Source: a virus
Strand: one strand, 5' to 3'
Length of the DNA stretch: 64,000 bases
Virus record (IMG/VR): IMGVR_UViG_3300044259_000094
Span: 1 to 64,000 of that record
Each line of letters opens with the position of its first letter. Position 1 is the stretch's first letter. Shown here piece after piece: positions 37,139 through 46,646 of this stretch. Under the pieces are notes generated by a model. That model was not told where the DNA came from, ran no database searches, and saw only the letters and a program-made list of their open reading frames with translations. Position numbers and translations under genes: made by a program.

Positions 37139-38386
37139 TTAGCTCAGGATACGCTTCGCAACACCCAGTGCTGCTTCTTTTTCTGCTTCTGGCAGACGGT
37201 TGCAGTAGGCGTACATCGCGCCTTCTACGAAGTCCGCTTTCATCATGCCGATGCGAGCGATGTTGATGGCAACACGCGGGCCGATGGTCAGCGACACGAT
37301 GTTCGGGAACGACTTGTGACGAATCTCGTCGGCGAACTGACGGATCTTCTTCGCGTCGGCCTCGTTCAGACCAGTCGCAGCAGCGATCATGGCGATTTCT
37401 TGCTTCTCTGGTGGGTAGTCCACCATCGCTACGACACCGAAGCGTTCGATGGTCGCGGCGTCCTGGGTCAGCGTTGCTTGGTACAGACCGGACTGGTCAC
37501 CAGTACCGTTCGTGTTACCAGTAGCAGCGAACGTGAACAGCGGGTGAGGCTTGATGACACGCAGGTGCGGCGGAGCGTTCTTGATGATCAGCGGCTCACC
37601 TTCGAGAATCGCCTGGTAGGCCGACAGGACAGTCGGAGACGAACGATCGATTTCGTCAGCGAGGTAGGTCCAGCCGTTCAGCATCGCAGTAGGCAGTGGG
37701 CCGAGTTCGAATTCGGTCACCGATACAGCGTTGCCGTCCGGGTTAACGTGAGGCTTGACGACCCACTGACCGACGATGTGGCTTTCTTCGGTATCGACAG
37801 TGTGCTGGAAGCGGAACAGACGACGATTCAAACCGGCGCACATTTGCTTGAAGATCGAGGACTTGCCCACACCCGAGTGGCCGAACAGGAAGATCGGGGT
37901 ACGCAGTTCCATCGCCATCATGACGGTCTTCGTCAGATCAGGGTTCAGGATGTAGTTGTCGCTCCAGGCCGGGATCATGTGACCGTAATCACCGGAAGCA
38001 GGACGAGCGTCAGCGGTGCAAGGAATGCCCTGGCCCGACTTGGTGTACGCAGACTTCGTGCTTTTCGGGAAGCGGAAGGCTTCGTGGAAGAACACTTTGG
38101 TCAGGTCAGGGTTGCCGGTCTGAGCAGGCTTGGCGCCTTCGGCCGGTGCATTCGCAGCGACTGCGGATTCTTCCGCTTCACGCTTGGCTTTCATTTCGGC
38201 CATCTTCTTCTTGGCCGTTTCGGACAGCAGCTCAGGGCTCTTGCCATCTTCGGTGGCGTAAGTGCTGATGTAGGTTTCCAGATCCATCGGCTGAGCAGAG
38301 TCCTCGCCGTGCGCGGTTTTCAGGTGGTTCGCGATGCTGTGTACTTCTTCACCGCAGATCAGGCACTTGATTTTGTCGTTGCTCAC
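37139..38386 (-). CDS. CobS/CbbQ/MoxR-type AAA+ ATPase with N-terminal C2H2 finger
   Basis: CLIC...HLKTAH; GHSGVGKSS, YLADEID, ATGNT.G.GD..G.Y......A...RF, GPR. Confidence 0.88.
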   Translation of the reverse strand: MSNDKIKCLICGEEVHSIANHLKTAHGEDSAQPMDLETYISTYATEDGKSPELLSETAKKKMAEMKAKREAEESAVAANAPAEGAKPAQTGNPDLTKVFFHEAFRFPKSTKSAYTKSGQGIPCTADARPASGDYGHMIPAWSDNYILNPDLTKTVMMAMELRTPIFLFGHSGVGKSSIFKQMCAGLNRRLFRFQHTVDTEESHIVGQWVVKPHVNPDGNAVSVTEFELGPLPTAMLNGWTYLADEIDRSSPTVLSAYQAILEGEPLIIKNAPPHLRVIKPHPLFTFAATGNTNGTGDQSGLYQATLTQDAATIERFGVVAMVDYPPEKQEIAMIAAATGLNEADAKKIRQFADEIRHKSFPNIVSLTIGPRVAINIARIGMMKADFVEGAMYAYCNRLPEAEKEAALGVAKRILS

Positions 38387-38442
38387 AGGTTGTATCCTTG
38401 TTTACGTTAATTTGTACTGCGTTGTTTTGTTTCAGTGAGCGC

Positions 38443-38476
38443 ATTTTGTACGCTCACTGATGGGCGTTCAATGGGT
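38443..38476 (-). promoter_or_regulatory. phage promoter motif, -10 in hairpin loop
   Basis: ACCCAT TGAA CGCCCA N12 CAAAAT; 10-bp inverted repeat 38432-38460. Confidence 0.65.
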
Positions 38477-38477
38477 T

Positions 38478-40544
38478 TTAGCTGGCCAGCAGCGCGTCCC
38501 GGAGTTGCTTGAGGACGATGCCCGGCAGGTCCGCAACGTTGTCCAGCTTCACGTTTTTACGGTAGAAGTGCTGAACGGAGTTGGACATGATGCCGACGCC
38601 AACAATGTTGGTGCCGTCCTTCTCGATACGCTGGACGACCTTCTTCAAGTGGGCATTCAGCTTGCGGCCATCTACACCACCCGCCGGCTGACCGTCACTG
38701 AATACAATCATCATCTTGCCTTTCTTCTTGCCCTTGTTGGCATGTCGGCACAAGGACTCGTAGGCATACTGCACCGATTCGCCGTCGATGTTCGATGCCA
38801 TCGAGGACTGGACGTGTGCATACGACGCCATACGCTTCTTGACCTCGATGGAGAACTTCTCCTGGAAGGTCTTGAACATCGGCAGCATGAGAGGCTCACA
38901 GCGGTCGAAGTGTTTGCCGGCGTTGTAAGCGTCCTGCATTTCGCGATACAGGTCTTGCGAGCGATTACTGCCGAGATAACCGGTAGTGAAGCCCATGATT
39001 TCGCAATCAACACCCAGGCGGCCGAGTACGTCTGCAAGCACCCACGCAGCGCACATTGCGGTGTGGATCTTCGAACCGCCCATCGAACCCGAACAGTCGA
39101 TCACCAACGACACTGCGATTTCGCGGGTCTTGTGTTCGATCTTATTCTTGTAGATATGATCGTCGCCGGCGGTCAGACGATACAGGTTGTTCGAGGACAG
39201 CTTGCCCTTGCGCAGACCCTGCTGGGTGAGCGACTTGTTCCGGGCTGCGAACGCACGTTCGAGTTGGCGTGCAACCGGGCCAACCATACCAGCGATGGAG
39301 TTTTCGAGGTCGTCCATCCACTTGGGACTGTAGGACGATGGGATTTTTGGCGGTTCGAGAATGTCCCACTCACGGGTGAACACCGTGTATTCCTCGTCTT
39401 CCATTTCGGTAGAGCAGAGGTCAGACACGTATTGACCGAACTCGGTGCCGATATCCTGCACCTTGTCCCAGTCAAAGTTCTTCATGTAGTTGGCGCCACC
39501 GTATTCGGACTGAGCCGATTCGGTGTCTTCGGTCGCTTTGTCGCGCTCGCTTTGCTTGGACTGACCGTCAGCACCTACAGCGGCGTCTTCTTTGCGAGGG
39601 TCTTTGTCGCCGGCTTCGTCTTCGGACTCGTCGCCTTCGTCGTCGCCGTCAGCAGCGTCGTCGGCTTCATCGTCCTCTTCCGCTTCTTCGTCACCAGGCG
39701 CACCGCCACCACCAGCTTCGTCTTCTTCCTCTTCTTCCTCTTCGCCTTCGAGGTCGCCGGCACCTTTACCCTTGTTCGCTTCGGGCTTACCGCCACCGCC
39801 CTTACCCTTGCTTTTACCGCCACCGCCACCCCCGCCACCTTTGCCTTTCTTGCTAGGGTCTTCGTCACCGTAAGGGTTGTCGCCATCACCTTCTGGCGGC
39901 TCACCCATTACGATGTTGCGAATTTCCTTCGCCATGTCGTAGCAGTCGGACGCTTTGGTCATGGACTGCATCTTCTTCTGGATAGGCTCCAGCTGTTTCT
40001 GAATGCCGGCGATCAGCGACCACTTGTCGCTCATGTAATCCTGGAAGAACTTCTGACCGCCCCAGGCACGCAGCGCAGGCACTGCGAGAACTTGGAACAG
40101 CTCTTGCTCTTCCGCGCCGTTTGCGAGCGCTTCTTTCAAGCGAGGCGTGATGAACTTGTCCACGAAGGTCTGGTGCATGTTCGCCAGGTTATGACGAGAG
40201 CCAGAGAAGTTCTTCACCATTTCCTTCTCGCAGAAGAAGGATTCGAGCGGGTTGTACAGAGAAGCCATGTTCTCGTGCGCCGCTCGCAAGTTGGACTTGC
40301 CGTCAGCGTACAGAACTTTGGAGATTTCGCTGTCAAGGAAGCCCTGTACCGCTTCGATCAGCTCTTCGCTGGCATCGTCAGGGATCATAGGCAAGTTGAC
40401 GCGAGTGGCCTTCATGGTGCGTTCGTCGTACTTGACGAAGGCTTTGACGCCGGACTGGGTTACGAGAACTTTGCCATCAGAGAGGATCTGAGCAATCTTG
40501 GTGATTGCCTCCCTCATGATGACGATGCGTTGAGTGCGATCCAT
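38478..40544 (-). CDS. CobT-like vWA-domain protein
   Basis: Gly/acidic linker; C-terminal vWA with DCSGS MIDAS, N.DGE, SDGQP, VGVGI. Confidence 0.88.
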   Translation of the reverse strand: MDRTQRIVIMREAITKIAQILSDGKVLVTQSGVKAFVKYDERTMKATRVNLPMIPDDASEELIEAVQGFLDSEISKVLYADGKSNLRAAHENMASLYNPLESFFCEKEMVKNFSGSRHNLANMHQTFVDKFITPRLKEALANGAEEQELFQVLAVPALRAWGGQKFFQDYMSDKWSLIAGIQKQLEPIQKKMQSMTKASDCYDMAKEIRNIVMGEPPEGDGDNPYGDEDPSKKGKGGGGGGGGKSKGKGGGGKPEANKGKGAGDLEGEEEEEEEDEAGGGGAPGDEEAEEDDEADDAADGDDEGDESEDEAGDKDPRKEDAAVGADGQSKQSERDKATEDTESAQSEYGGANYMKNFDWDKVQDIGTEFGQYVSDLCSTEMEDEEYTVFTREWDILEPPKIPSSYSPKWMDDLENSIAGMVGPVARQLERAFAARNKSLTQQGLRKGKLSSNNLYRLTAGDDHIYKNKIEHKTREIAVSLVIDCSGSMGGSKIHTAMCAAWVLADVLGRLGVDCEIMGFTTGYLGSNRSQDLYREMQDAYNAGKHFDRCEPLMLPMFKTFQEKFSIEVKKRMASYAHVQSSMASNIDGESVQYAYESLCRHANKGKKKGKMMIVFSDGQPAGGVDGRKLNAHLKKVVQRIEKDGTNIVGVGIMSNSVQHFYRKNVKLDNVADLPGIVLKQLRDALLAS

Positions 40545-40594
40545 GTTTCCAACCTGTGTTAATGGACTGTTAGTTGCGCTTTGCTACTGCGCAC

Positions 40595-40628
40595 ATTATG
40601 CAGAAATGAAACTGGGAGCTTTCGGCTC
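40595..40628 (-). promoter_or_regulatory. phage promoter motif overlapping a terminator hairpin
   Basis: GAGCCG AAAG CTCCCA N12 CATAAT. Confidence 0.7.
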
Positions 40629-40633
40629 CCAGT
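40604..40633 (-). terminator. intrinsic terminator after ligase
   Basis: ACTGGGAGC-CGAAA-GCTCCCAGT followed by TTCATTT. Confidence 0.7.
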
Positions 40634-40642
40634 GAGGTAGTT

Positions 40643-42058
40643 TCACTTGATAGCGTTCTCGAATTGGCGCTCGACCTCAGCGAAGCTGTCGGCGAACTGC
40701 TTGTCGAAACGGCGCTCAACGAAGATCGGCAGGAACAGGCTGTGTTCGATCTTGCCGCGCTTGGCGTACATGATTTCGTTGGCCTTGACGGTGATGATTG
40801 CGCCGATCCAATCCCAACGGTTCTCGTTGATTTCACGGCGCTGTTCATCGGTGAAGCCGGAGCCTACGTTGACTTTCAACATGCCGCAGGACGTCTTGCA
40901 CTTGAGTGAGCCGAAGGTATCAGCGGTCTTGCCACCTTCCTTGCCCTCTTCGAAGTCATAGACTTCCAGCTCGACAGGCACTTCCTGCTTGAGCTTCACC
41001 TGATCTTTGGAAGTACCGTCCTTCCAGATCTTGCCAGGCTTCTTGGCGATCGTACCTTCAAGCTTGCGCCGACGAGCATCGTAGTAATGCTCCATCGCCT
41101 CTTCGTAGCTACGGACGACCCGGGTTTCGATGACGCTGATGGGATGATTCAAACGCTTGGCTTGAACCAAGCTGATTGCGGCGTTCAGCGTGCGCAGGCG
41201 CGTCACATAAGGCTGATCAAACTGGCCCTTCTTGACCGCTTTGTCTTTGGGGATGACATCCCACAGAACTGCGGATAGCTCGTAACCTTTCGGCAGTAGT
41301 GTGCCTTTGATCAGCTTGTTGATCAGGCCGTTGCCTACTTCGCGAGCGCAGACATTACCTTCTGAGTCGAGGACAAGCAGCTCGCCGTGAGTGTTCAGAC
41401 CGTTGGCGAACTCAGGGTGACTGGTCAGTAGAGGCTTGAAGGTCTCGTAGAACGCTTCCATAAGCCCTTCGAAGCCTTCTGTTGGGAACGGCTGACCCTG
41501 GCGACTGGTGAAGCTGACCAATGTAGGCTCAACAATGCCGTTGAAGAACATGCCATCAGCTTTGATCTGGCTGATTACACCTGTTGCCCAGGGCCAGGCT
41601 TCGAAGTCTACGTCCTTCGGCAGAGAGCAGCGCTCGTAAGGTGAAGAAGGGATGAAGTCCTTGCTGACCTTGTTGATGGAGTTCTCAGTGAAGCCGGCCT
41701 TCATATCCTTGTTCAGGACACGCCACAGCAACTCGGCCGAACGAACATCAAGTGCCGAATACTGATCGCCGATGGCGGACAGCGCTGCGTTGCCGGTGAG
41801 CTTGCGAGTGGCAAGGTCGTCAAGCATCTGCCAAGTTTCGTCTGTCCAGACACCGGTGTACATCGGATGATCCGGGCAATGCTCACCGGTGAAACGCGCT
41901 GGGCGAACACCAAAGGTAATGAACGGGCTGTAGGCGTACAGCATGGTCTTACCGAACTGGCTATCTTCCATAGCCAGGCTGAGGAACGCTTGCTTGTCGT
42001 TCTTACCAGGAGTCAGCGCGATTGAGCTGATACATTCCATGATTTGATTGGAGTTCAT
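40643..42058 (-). CDS. ATP-dependent DNA ligase
   Basis: KADG motif I, SRQG, HGELL, WD, LEG...K, KLK, VGSGFTD, SLFLP.F...RFDK. Confidence 0.92.
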   Translation of the reverse strand: MNSNQIMECISSIALTPGKNDKQAFLSLAMEDSQFGKTMLYAYSPFITFGVRPARFTGEHCPDHPMYTGVWTDETWQMLDDLATRKLTGNAALSAIGDQYSALDVRSAELLWRVLNKDMKAGFTENSINKVSKDFIPSSPYERCSLPKDVDFEAWPWATGVISQIKADGMFFNGIVEPTLVSFTSRQGQPFPTEGFEGLMEAFYETFKPLLTSHPEFANGLNTHGELLVLDSEGNVCAREVGNGLINKLIKGTLLPKGYELSAVLWDVIPKDKAVKKGQFDQPYVTRLRTLNAAISLVQAKRLNHPISVIETRVVRSYEEAMEHYYDARRRKLEGTIAKKPGKIWKDGTSKDQVKLKQEVPVELEVYDFEEGKEGGKTADTFGSLKCKTSCGMLKVNVGSGFTDEQRREINENRWDWIGAIITVKANEIMYAKRGKIEHSLFLPIFVERRFDKQFADSFAEVERQFENAIK

Positions 42059-42723
42059 TTGCCCGCCTTGAGTTTCATTGCGGCCCGACGCTTGATGAAG
42101 TCCGCAGTGGACTCACCTGGCAGTGGACGAGTGGATGATTGATCAGCTGCTGGGGTTGCAGCGACAGTAGGAGTAGGTGCCGCCTTGTTCTCTGCGTGCT
42201 CTTTCATAAGCACGTTGACTACATCGGCCATACCCTCTTCAACAAACCCGGACTTCTTGATCGGGCCAATGTTGCGAGTGGGTCGTGGAGCTTGACGCTT
42301 TGGAATAGGCTTGTCAGTGCTGTAGCCTTCACGACCGCCGATAGCCCAACCGCGTGCGTAGCTCGGGTTCGACATATCGTATTTGCCGCTGCTTACTGCG
42401 CCATCGACAGCTGCTTGCTTCTTAGCAGACTCGTACACATGACGAGGGCGCTCCTTGAAGTACAGAGCGTGACCGGCTTTACGCTCTTCCTCCCGCATAC
42501 CCTTTGCGGGGCAAGTGTTATGGCAGTAGTAGCGCTGGCAGTCGGTGAACTGATCGCGAGCCAAACGATCTTCTTCGATGGCCTTGAGCGTGTGCAGGCA
42601 TACAGCGTAGTTCACCTGCTGCTGGCGAGCGTCACAGAACTGGTAGAAGGCGTTGCGGCCGCTCATGCTTGCCTCTACGGGGAGGATAGCAATCAGCTCC
42701 GGGTCTTCTTTGACTTCGGACAT
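42055..42723 (-). CDS. hypothetical protein with Cys cluster
   Basis: Start moved to MSEVKE downstream of promoter 42756. Confidence 0.7.
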   Translation of the reverse strand: MSEVKEDPELIAILPVEASMSGRNAFYQFCDARQQQVNYAVCLHTLKAIEEDRLARDQFTDCQRYYCHNTCPAKGMREEERKAGHALYFKERPRHVYESAKKQAAVDGAVSSGKYDMSNPSYARGWAIGGREGYSTDKPIPKRQAPRPTRNIGPIKKSGFVEEGMADVVNVLMKEHAENKAAPTPTVAATPAADQSSTRPLPGESTADFIKRRAAMKLKAGK

Positions 42724-42755
42724 TGGGAGACTCTCTCGTTTGTTGTCGCGCTTGC

Positions 42756-42789
42756 ATGATACAAGCGCGCTGGAGGGCTTATACGGCGT
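42756..42789 (-). promoter_or_regulatory. phage promoter motif, -10 in hairpin loop
   Basis: ACGCCG TATA AGCCCT N12 TATCAT; CGCGCTTG/CAAGCGCG inverted repeat. Confidence 0.75.
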
Positions 42790-42791
42790 TC

Positions 42792-43565
42792 TTATGCGAA
42801 CCCACCCCAACCGCTACCGTAGACCTCTTCGCGATCAATAACGGGCACTGGGGTCTTTGGAGCGACTGGTGGTTTGCCCTTCTGAGCGCCGAACATCATG
42901 GCTGTCATGGCTGACACGATGTCCTGGCTGACACGATCCTTTGGCGCCAATTCCATTTCAGATTGAATCGATAGACCCTTACCTTCGAGGAAGGTGATGA
43001 AGTCTGCAGTTGGGAAGATGTCTTCGGCGATCGCCTTACCAATCAGAGTACCAATCTTGGATTCGGTACCCATCTGGATAAGACTGGCAGCTTGAGCTGG
43101 GCAGAACCCCATAGCCGGCAGTCTGCCGGCGTCTTCATCGGCGAGAACGTCGTAAACGAACTGGTGATTTGAGTCGATTGGAATGTATCGACCAATGTAC
43201 TGCTCGATCTTGTAGTCCTTGCCCACAGCCTTCGACTTGACTACGCCGTACCACTCCTTCTCGCTCACAATCTTGGCTTGAGCTTGACCCTTTACGCCGA
43301 GATTCTTGCCCCACCAGGTTACGGATATACCGGTAGAGCCAGACTTGTTCAAAGCGATGAACATGGACTTCCAGATCTTGCCTTCCGGGTGATGACAGGA
43401 CACGAACGACGAGCTGTAGACCGCGCCACTGGTTTCAGAAATGGCGGTGAACGAATCAGCCAGAGATTGCCGGCCGGCGTTGTCGTAAGTGGGCCAGGCT
43501 ACCCTGTGAGACACGGTTTCAAGGCTAAGATTCGTGGTAGAAAAGGGAGTGAATGGGATGGTCAT
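42792..43565 (-). CDS. protein with WGR-like segment, ending in WGGFA tag
   Basis: K.W......VTWWGK..G..GQ.........KSK..KDY resembles a WGR domain. Confidence 0.7.
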   Translation of the reverse strand: MTIPFTPFSTTNLSLETVSHRVAWPTYDNAGRQSLADSFTAISETSGAVYSSSFVSCHHPEGKIWKSMFIALNKSGSTGISVTWWGKNLGVKGQAQAKIVSEKEWYGVVKSKAVGKDYKIEQYIGRYIPIDSNHQFVYDVLADEDAGRLPAMGFCPAQAASLIQMGTESKIGTLIGKAIAEDIFPTADFITFLEGKGLSIQSEMELAPKDRVSQDIVSAMTAMMFGAQKGKPPVAPKTPVPVIDREEVYGSGWGGFA

Positions 43566-43590
43566 GTGATCTGCCTATGAATGTGCGCTT

Positions 43591-44697
43591 TCAAAGTGTG
43601 AATTTTGACATCACAGATGCGGCATAGAGCGGGGTAAGCTCTTTAGCCTTTACGAATGCCTGTCGTACTACTTCGGTTTCTACTTCGTTGGGGTCTTTGT
43701 CCAACGGCAGGATTGCCAGCTTTACTTTGAACCCGAAGGTTCTCAGCTTAACGCCGGTCTTCACAGCGTTCAGGATTGCACTGGGTGATCCGTCCCACAT
43801 CATGGTGATTTCACGGAGACCCTTCTCTCGCATCGCTTTGAGGTCGCTAAGCTGATCCTTCTCACCGCCAGACTCGGCGATAGAAAGGTGCATACCGAAT
43901 GTCCCGCAGATACCCACATCCTTGAAGGTGATGTCCTCGTCGAACGCCTTCTTGATTGCGGCTACGTCAAACACGCCCTCCCCCAAAACAAGCTCTGACA
44001 ATCCTAGGGAATTGTGGGCGTTGTATATAAAACGACCAGCTCCAGCTAACCCAGGTGGGAACAGGTACTTCTGGAATGGGTTTGCTTCTATGCTTCGACC
44101 CTGGAACGTAACGAGCTGTCCGTCGATGCCATATACAGGAATGACAACTCGGTTTGCCCAGTCCTGAGACTTCTCTTCGCCGCCTAACGTGTAGCTGTAG
44201 GTTCCGGTCTTGCTGAATCGCCAACCAAAATACTCGGCAAGGTCAGGGCCAAACCCACGATCAGAAAGGTACTTGAGAGTTTTGCCGTTGATTGGCAGAG
44301 GGTAGCTGTCCGGGATCACAATTTCATCCGGGTTCTCGTCAGCTGGTCTTGGGGCGCGTTTGCGGGTTGCTGTCCACCCAAGAGTCTTGGCGTATCGCTT
44401 GAGATTCTGGATCGTCTCGCGATGGCTCTTGTCGTTACGGTGGAACATATAGCTGTACTTGTTGAAGCCTGGCTCACCTGAGCATGACCCATGAAAGCAA
44501 CTACCCAAACCTGTCTCAGCGTTTAGGTAGACCTTCCAGCCAGTACCCCCACAACGGGGGCACTCTTTAAGGTTCAACTGTGTACCGGATCGCCCGCGAG
44601 TGACCCGGTAGTCGATGCTTTCAAAGCTCAGGAAGTCTTCCATGTCGACCAGATCGAGCAGGTCTTCAATCTCGGAATCATCCTTTGCTTTGGTCAT
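43591..44697 (-). CDS. DNA primase (zinc finger plus TOPRIM)
   Basis: CPRC...CFHGSC, FQGR, EGVFD, MMWDG, KDPNE. Confidence 0.88.
   Translation of the reverse strand: MTKAKDDSEIEDLLDLVDMEDFLSFESIDYRVTRGRSGTQLNLKECPRCGGTGWKVYLNAETGLGSCFHGSCSGEPGFNKYSYMFHRNDKSHRETIQNLKRYAKTLGWTATRKRAPRPADENPDEIVIPDSYPLPINGKTLKYLSDRGFGPDLAEYFGWRFSKTGTYSYTLGGEEKSQDWANRVVIPVYGIDGQLVTFQGRSIEANPFQKYLFPPGLAGAGRFIYNAHNSLGLSELVLGEGVFDVAAIKKAFDEDITFKDVGICGTFGMHLSIAESGGEKDQLSDLKAMREKGLREITMMWDGSPSAILNAVKTGVKLRTFGFKVKLAILPLDKDPNEVETEVVRQAFVKAKELTPLYAASVMSKFTL
43602..43635 (-). promoter_or_regulatory. phage promoter motif inside the primase 3' end
   Basis: ACCCCG CTCT ATGCCG N12 CAAAAT. Confidence 0.65.
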
Positions 44698-44698
44698 G

Positions 44699-44956
44699 TT
44701 AGTGCGCCTGGGCCAGGGCCTCTGGGTGGTCGTGAATAGTTGCCAGCAGAAGCTTCATGACCGGCTCGTCCTCACGAACAGAGGCGTTGCTGCCGCCGCG
44801 AGCGATGCGGCCGTCCATGTACTTCACAGCGGCCGAATCGTCACCGAAAGCCAGACGAGCAAACTCGCGCCAGTTTTCGTTGGTGCTTTTCATACCGTTG
44901 CTCAGCTTTTTGGGCTTGTGGACAACGATGTCGAACTTTGCTTTTTTCTTGGCCAT
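44699..44956 (-). CDS. hypothetical protein
   Basis: GAGGAG SD. Confidence 0.7.
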   Translation of the reverse strand: MAKKKAKFDIVVHKPKKLSNGMKSTNENWREFARLAFGDDSAAVKYMDGRIARGGSNASVREDEPVMKLLLATIHDHPEALAQAH

Positions 44957-44959
44957 GAC

Positions 44960-45166
44960 TTACTCCTCGCTATACAGATCGATGCCGGCCGCTTTCAGAT
45001 CGAGGTCGTCAGGCAGAGTCAGAGTGCGAGAGTAGCCTTCGTTCATACCGAACCATTCAGGCTGTTCCTCGCACAGGCGATCCAGAAGATCGTAATCGGT
45101 GGTGAAACGCACAGCTGAGCTGCCGTCACCCAAGTCTTCCGCGAACAGATAAACTTTTTGAGCCAT
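44960..45166 (-). CDS. small acidic hypothetical protein
   Basis: AAGGA SD, TGATG coupling. Confidence 0.7.
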   Translation of the reverse strand: MAQKVYLFAEDLGDGSSAVRFTTDYDLLDRLCEEQPEWFGMNEGYSRTLTLPDDLDLKAAGIDLYSEE

Positions 45167-45612
45167 CAGATTTTCCTTACGTTTGCTTTGTTCAGCTCAG
45201 CATATGCGAGTTGAACTGGGGTGTAATAGGGTTTCGACAGTACCACTTCGGCTTCTTCGACTGTCATTCCCGTGTGATGGGCCATGAACTCCGCATAGCT
45301 GGAGAAACAAGTCTCATGGTCCGGTTCGTGGGTGAGCAGTGTATCCCAAGCCTTGCCAGTTCCACGCTTCTCATTCATGCCGAGATTCGCACGGAACGTG
45401 GCAGTACCTGCACACTGCGGCGTCTGACCTGGGCCGGCTTTCAGCTTCCATTCCGGGTCGTTGAAGTCGCAGTGGAGGTGACAAGGGATCGAGAACGGTG
45501 CATACACTTGACCGATATACACCGTCACATCGCTGCCACCCAAAGCACCAGGTTCACACTTGCGGTTGAATACGCACTCTGCGCAGGCTTTCTTTGGGTT
45601 GCGGCAGCTCAT
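45166..45612 (-). CDS. Cys/His-rich metal-binding protein
   Basis: CAECVF...CH...CAG. Confidence 0.7.
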   Translation of the reverse strand: MSCRNPKKACAECVFNRKCEPGALGGSDVTVYIGQVYAPFSIPCHLHCDFNDPEWKLKAGPGQTPQCAGTATFRANLGMNEKRGTGKAWDTLLTHEPDHETCFSSYAEFMAHHTGMTVEEAEVVLSKPYYTPVQLAYAELNKANVRKI

Positions 45613-45965
45613 ATCATTTGGCCGAAACGTTTCTTGTGACCCAGGTGACGAGTCTGGATAGGGATGGTCGACTGAGGTCTTGGTTTGAACCAGCCGATGT
45701 AGGTGAGCTGCTCGATGAACAGAGAGCCGTTGGTTCGATACTGCGGCGAAAGATCCTTGATCATGTTCGGAACAAGAGCCTTCTTGAGGTTGCGATGAAA
45801 CGCAAGCTCATTACGGTCAGTAACGCTCATGGTCATTGAGTTGGTCACATAGCCCGTATTTGGGACACCCGGGTTCATGTTGTAGCGGAACGTCACATGA
45901 TAGTTCCAGGTACGACCAGTGAGCTTGTGAATCAGCTTGTCGAAGGAGAACTTTGGTAGCTTCAT
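45609..45965 (-). CDS. hypothetical protein
   Basis: Coupled ORF. Confidence 0.7.
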   Translation of the reverse strand: MKLPKFSFDKLIHKLTGRTWNYHVTFRYNMNPGVPNTGYVTNSMTMSVTDRNELAFHRNLKKALVPNMIKDLSPQYRTNGSLFIEQLTYIGWFKPRPQSTIPIQTRHLGHKKRFGQMI

Positions 45966-46318
45966 CAGAAGTGTTGCTCCATATCTTCGAGTGGAATCAG
46001 ATCGCTTTCGTTCGCGGTAGAGGCGCGTTCAGCAATCGCTTCATCCGGGAACATGCTGTTGACCTGCGAAATGGTTGGGTCGATCAGCTTGCGAACGGTT
46101 TCTTCGGTCAGGCCATCGAACGCCTTTTCAGCGTCGTCCCAGCCCTGATCGCTGTCCTTGAAGGAGGTGATCAGTTGAGTGATGCCGAACATCTGGTTGC
46201 CGGTCATGAAGCTGAAACGCAACTCCGGGCCTGAGCGGGTTTCAGCGTCGCTCTCGTCAAGGACAACGAGAACCTGGCCGATGTCGTCAAAGCGGAACAG
46301 CTTGGCGAAGTCTTTCAT
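45965..46318 (-). CDS. hypothetical protein
   Basis: Coupled ORF; FAKLF....IGQVLV. Confidence 0.7.
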   Translation of the reverse strand: MKDFAKLFRFDDIGQVLVVLDESDAETRSGPELRFSFMTGNQMFGITQLITSFKDSDQGWDDAEKAFDGLTEETVRKLIDPTISQVNSMFPDEAIAERASTANESDLIPLEDMEQHF

Positions 46319-46611
46319 TTTTCATCCTTTTGTGCGGCACGCAGAAGGCATACCTTGTTCTCGCTGCTGCCATCGAAAGCGCAGTAGGCGTCGATAGGAT
46401 TGGAGCCAGCTTTGATAGCCGCTTCCATCTTGGCGTTTGCATCCAGGTTGTAGGAGGTGACACCCCAGGCGATCGAGCCAACGATCGCTACAACGGACAA
46501 GCAGGCGATGATCTTGGTCATCTCCTCCCAGTCGATCACAAAGGGGTGCTTCTCGACGGTGTGAGTGTGGTAGTTGTTTACCACGCCTTCTTTCGGTGCT
46601 TCGTCGCTCAT
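46315..46611 (-). CDS. membrane-anchored protein
   Basis: Central TM helix; start moved to MSDEAP with GAGG SD. Confidence 0.7.
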   Translation of the reverse strand: MSDEAPKEGVVNNYHTHTVEKHPFVIDWEEMTKIIACLSVVAIVGSIAWGVTSYNLDANAKMEAAIKAGSNPIDAYCAFDGSSENKVCLLRAAQKDEK

Positions 46612-46646
46612 TACGTTTCCTCTATGAATGAAAAGACTCAAGCGCG

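Noticed and set aside
37139-40544. Cobalamin biosynthesis (cobaltochelatase) auxiliary metabolism
   Set aside because: There is no cobN or other cob gene; the context is DNA replication.
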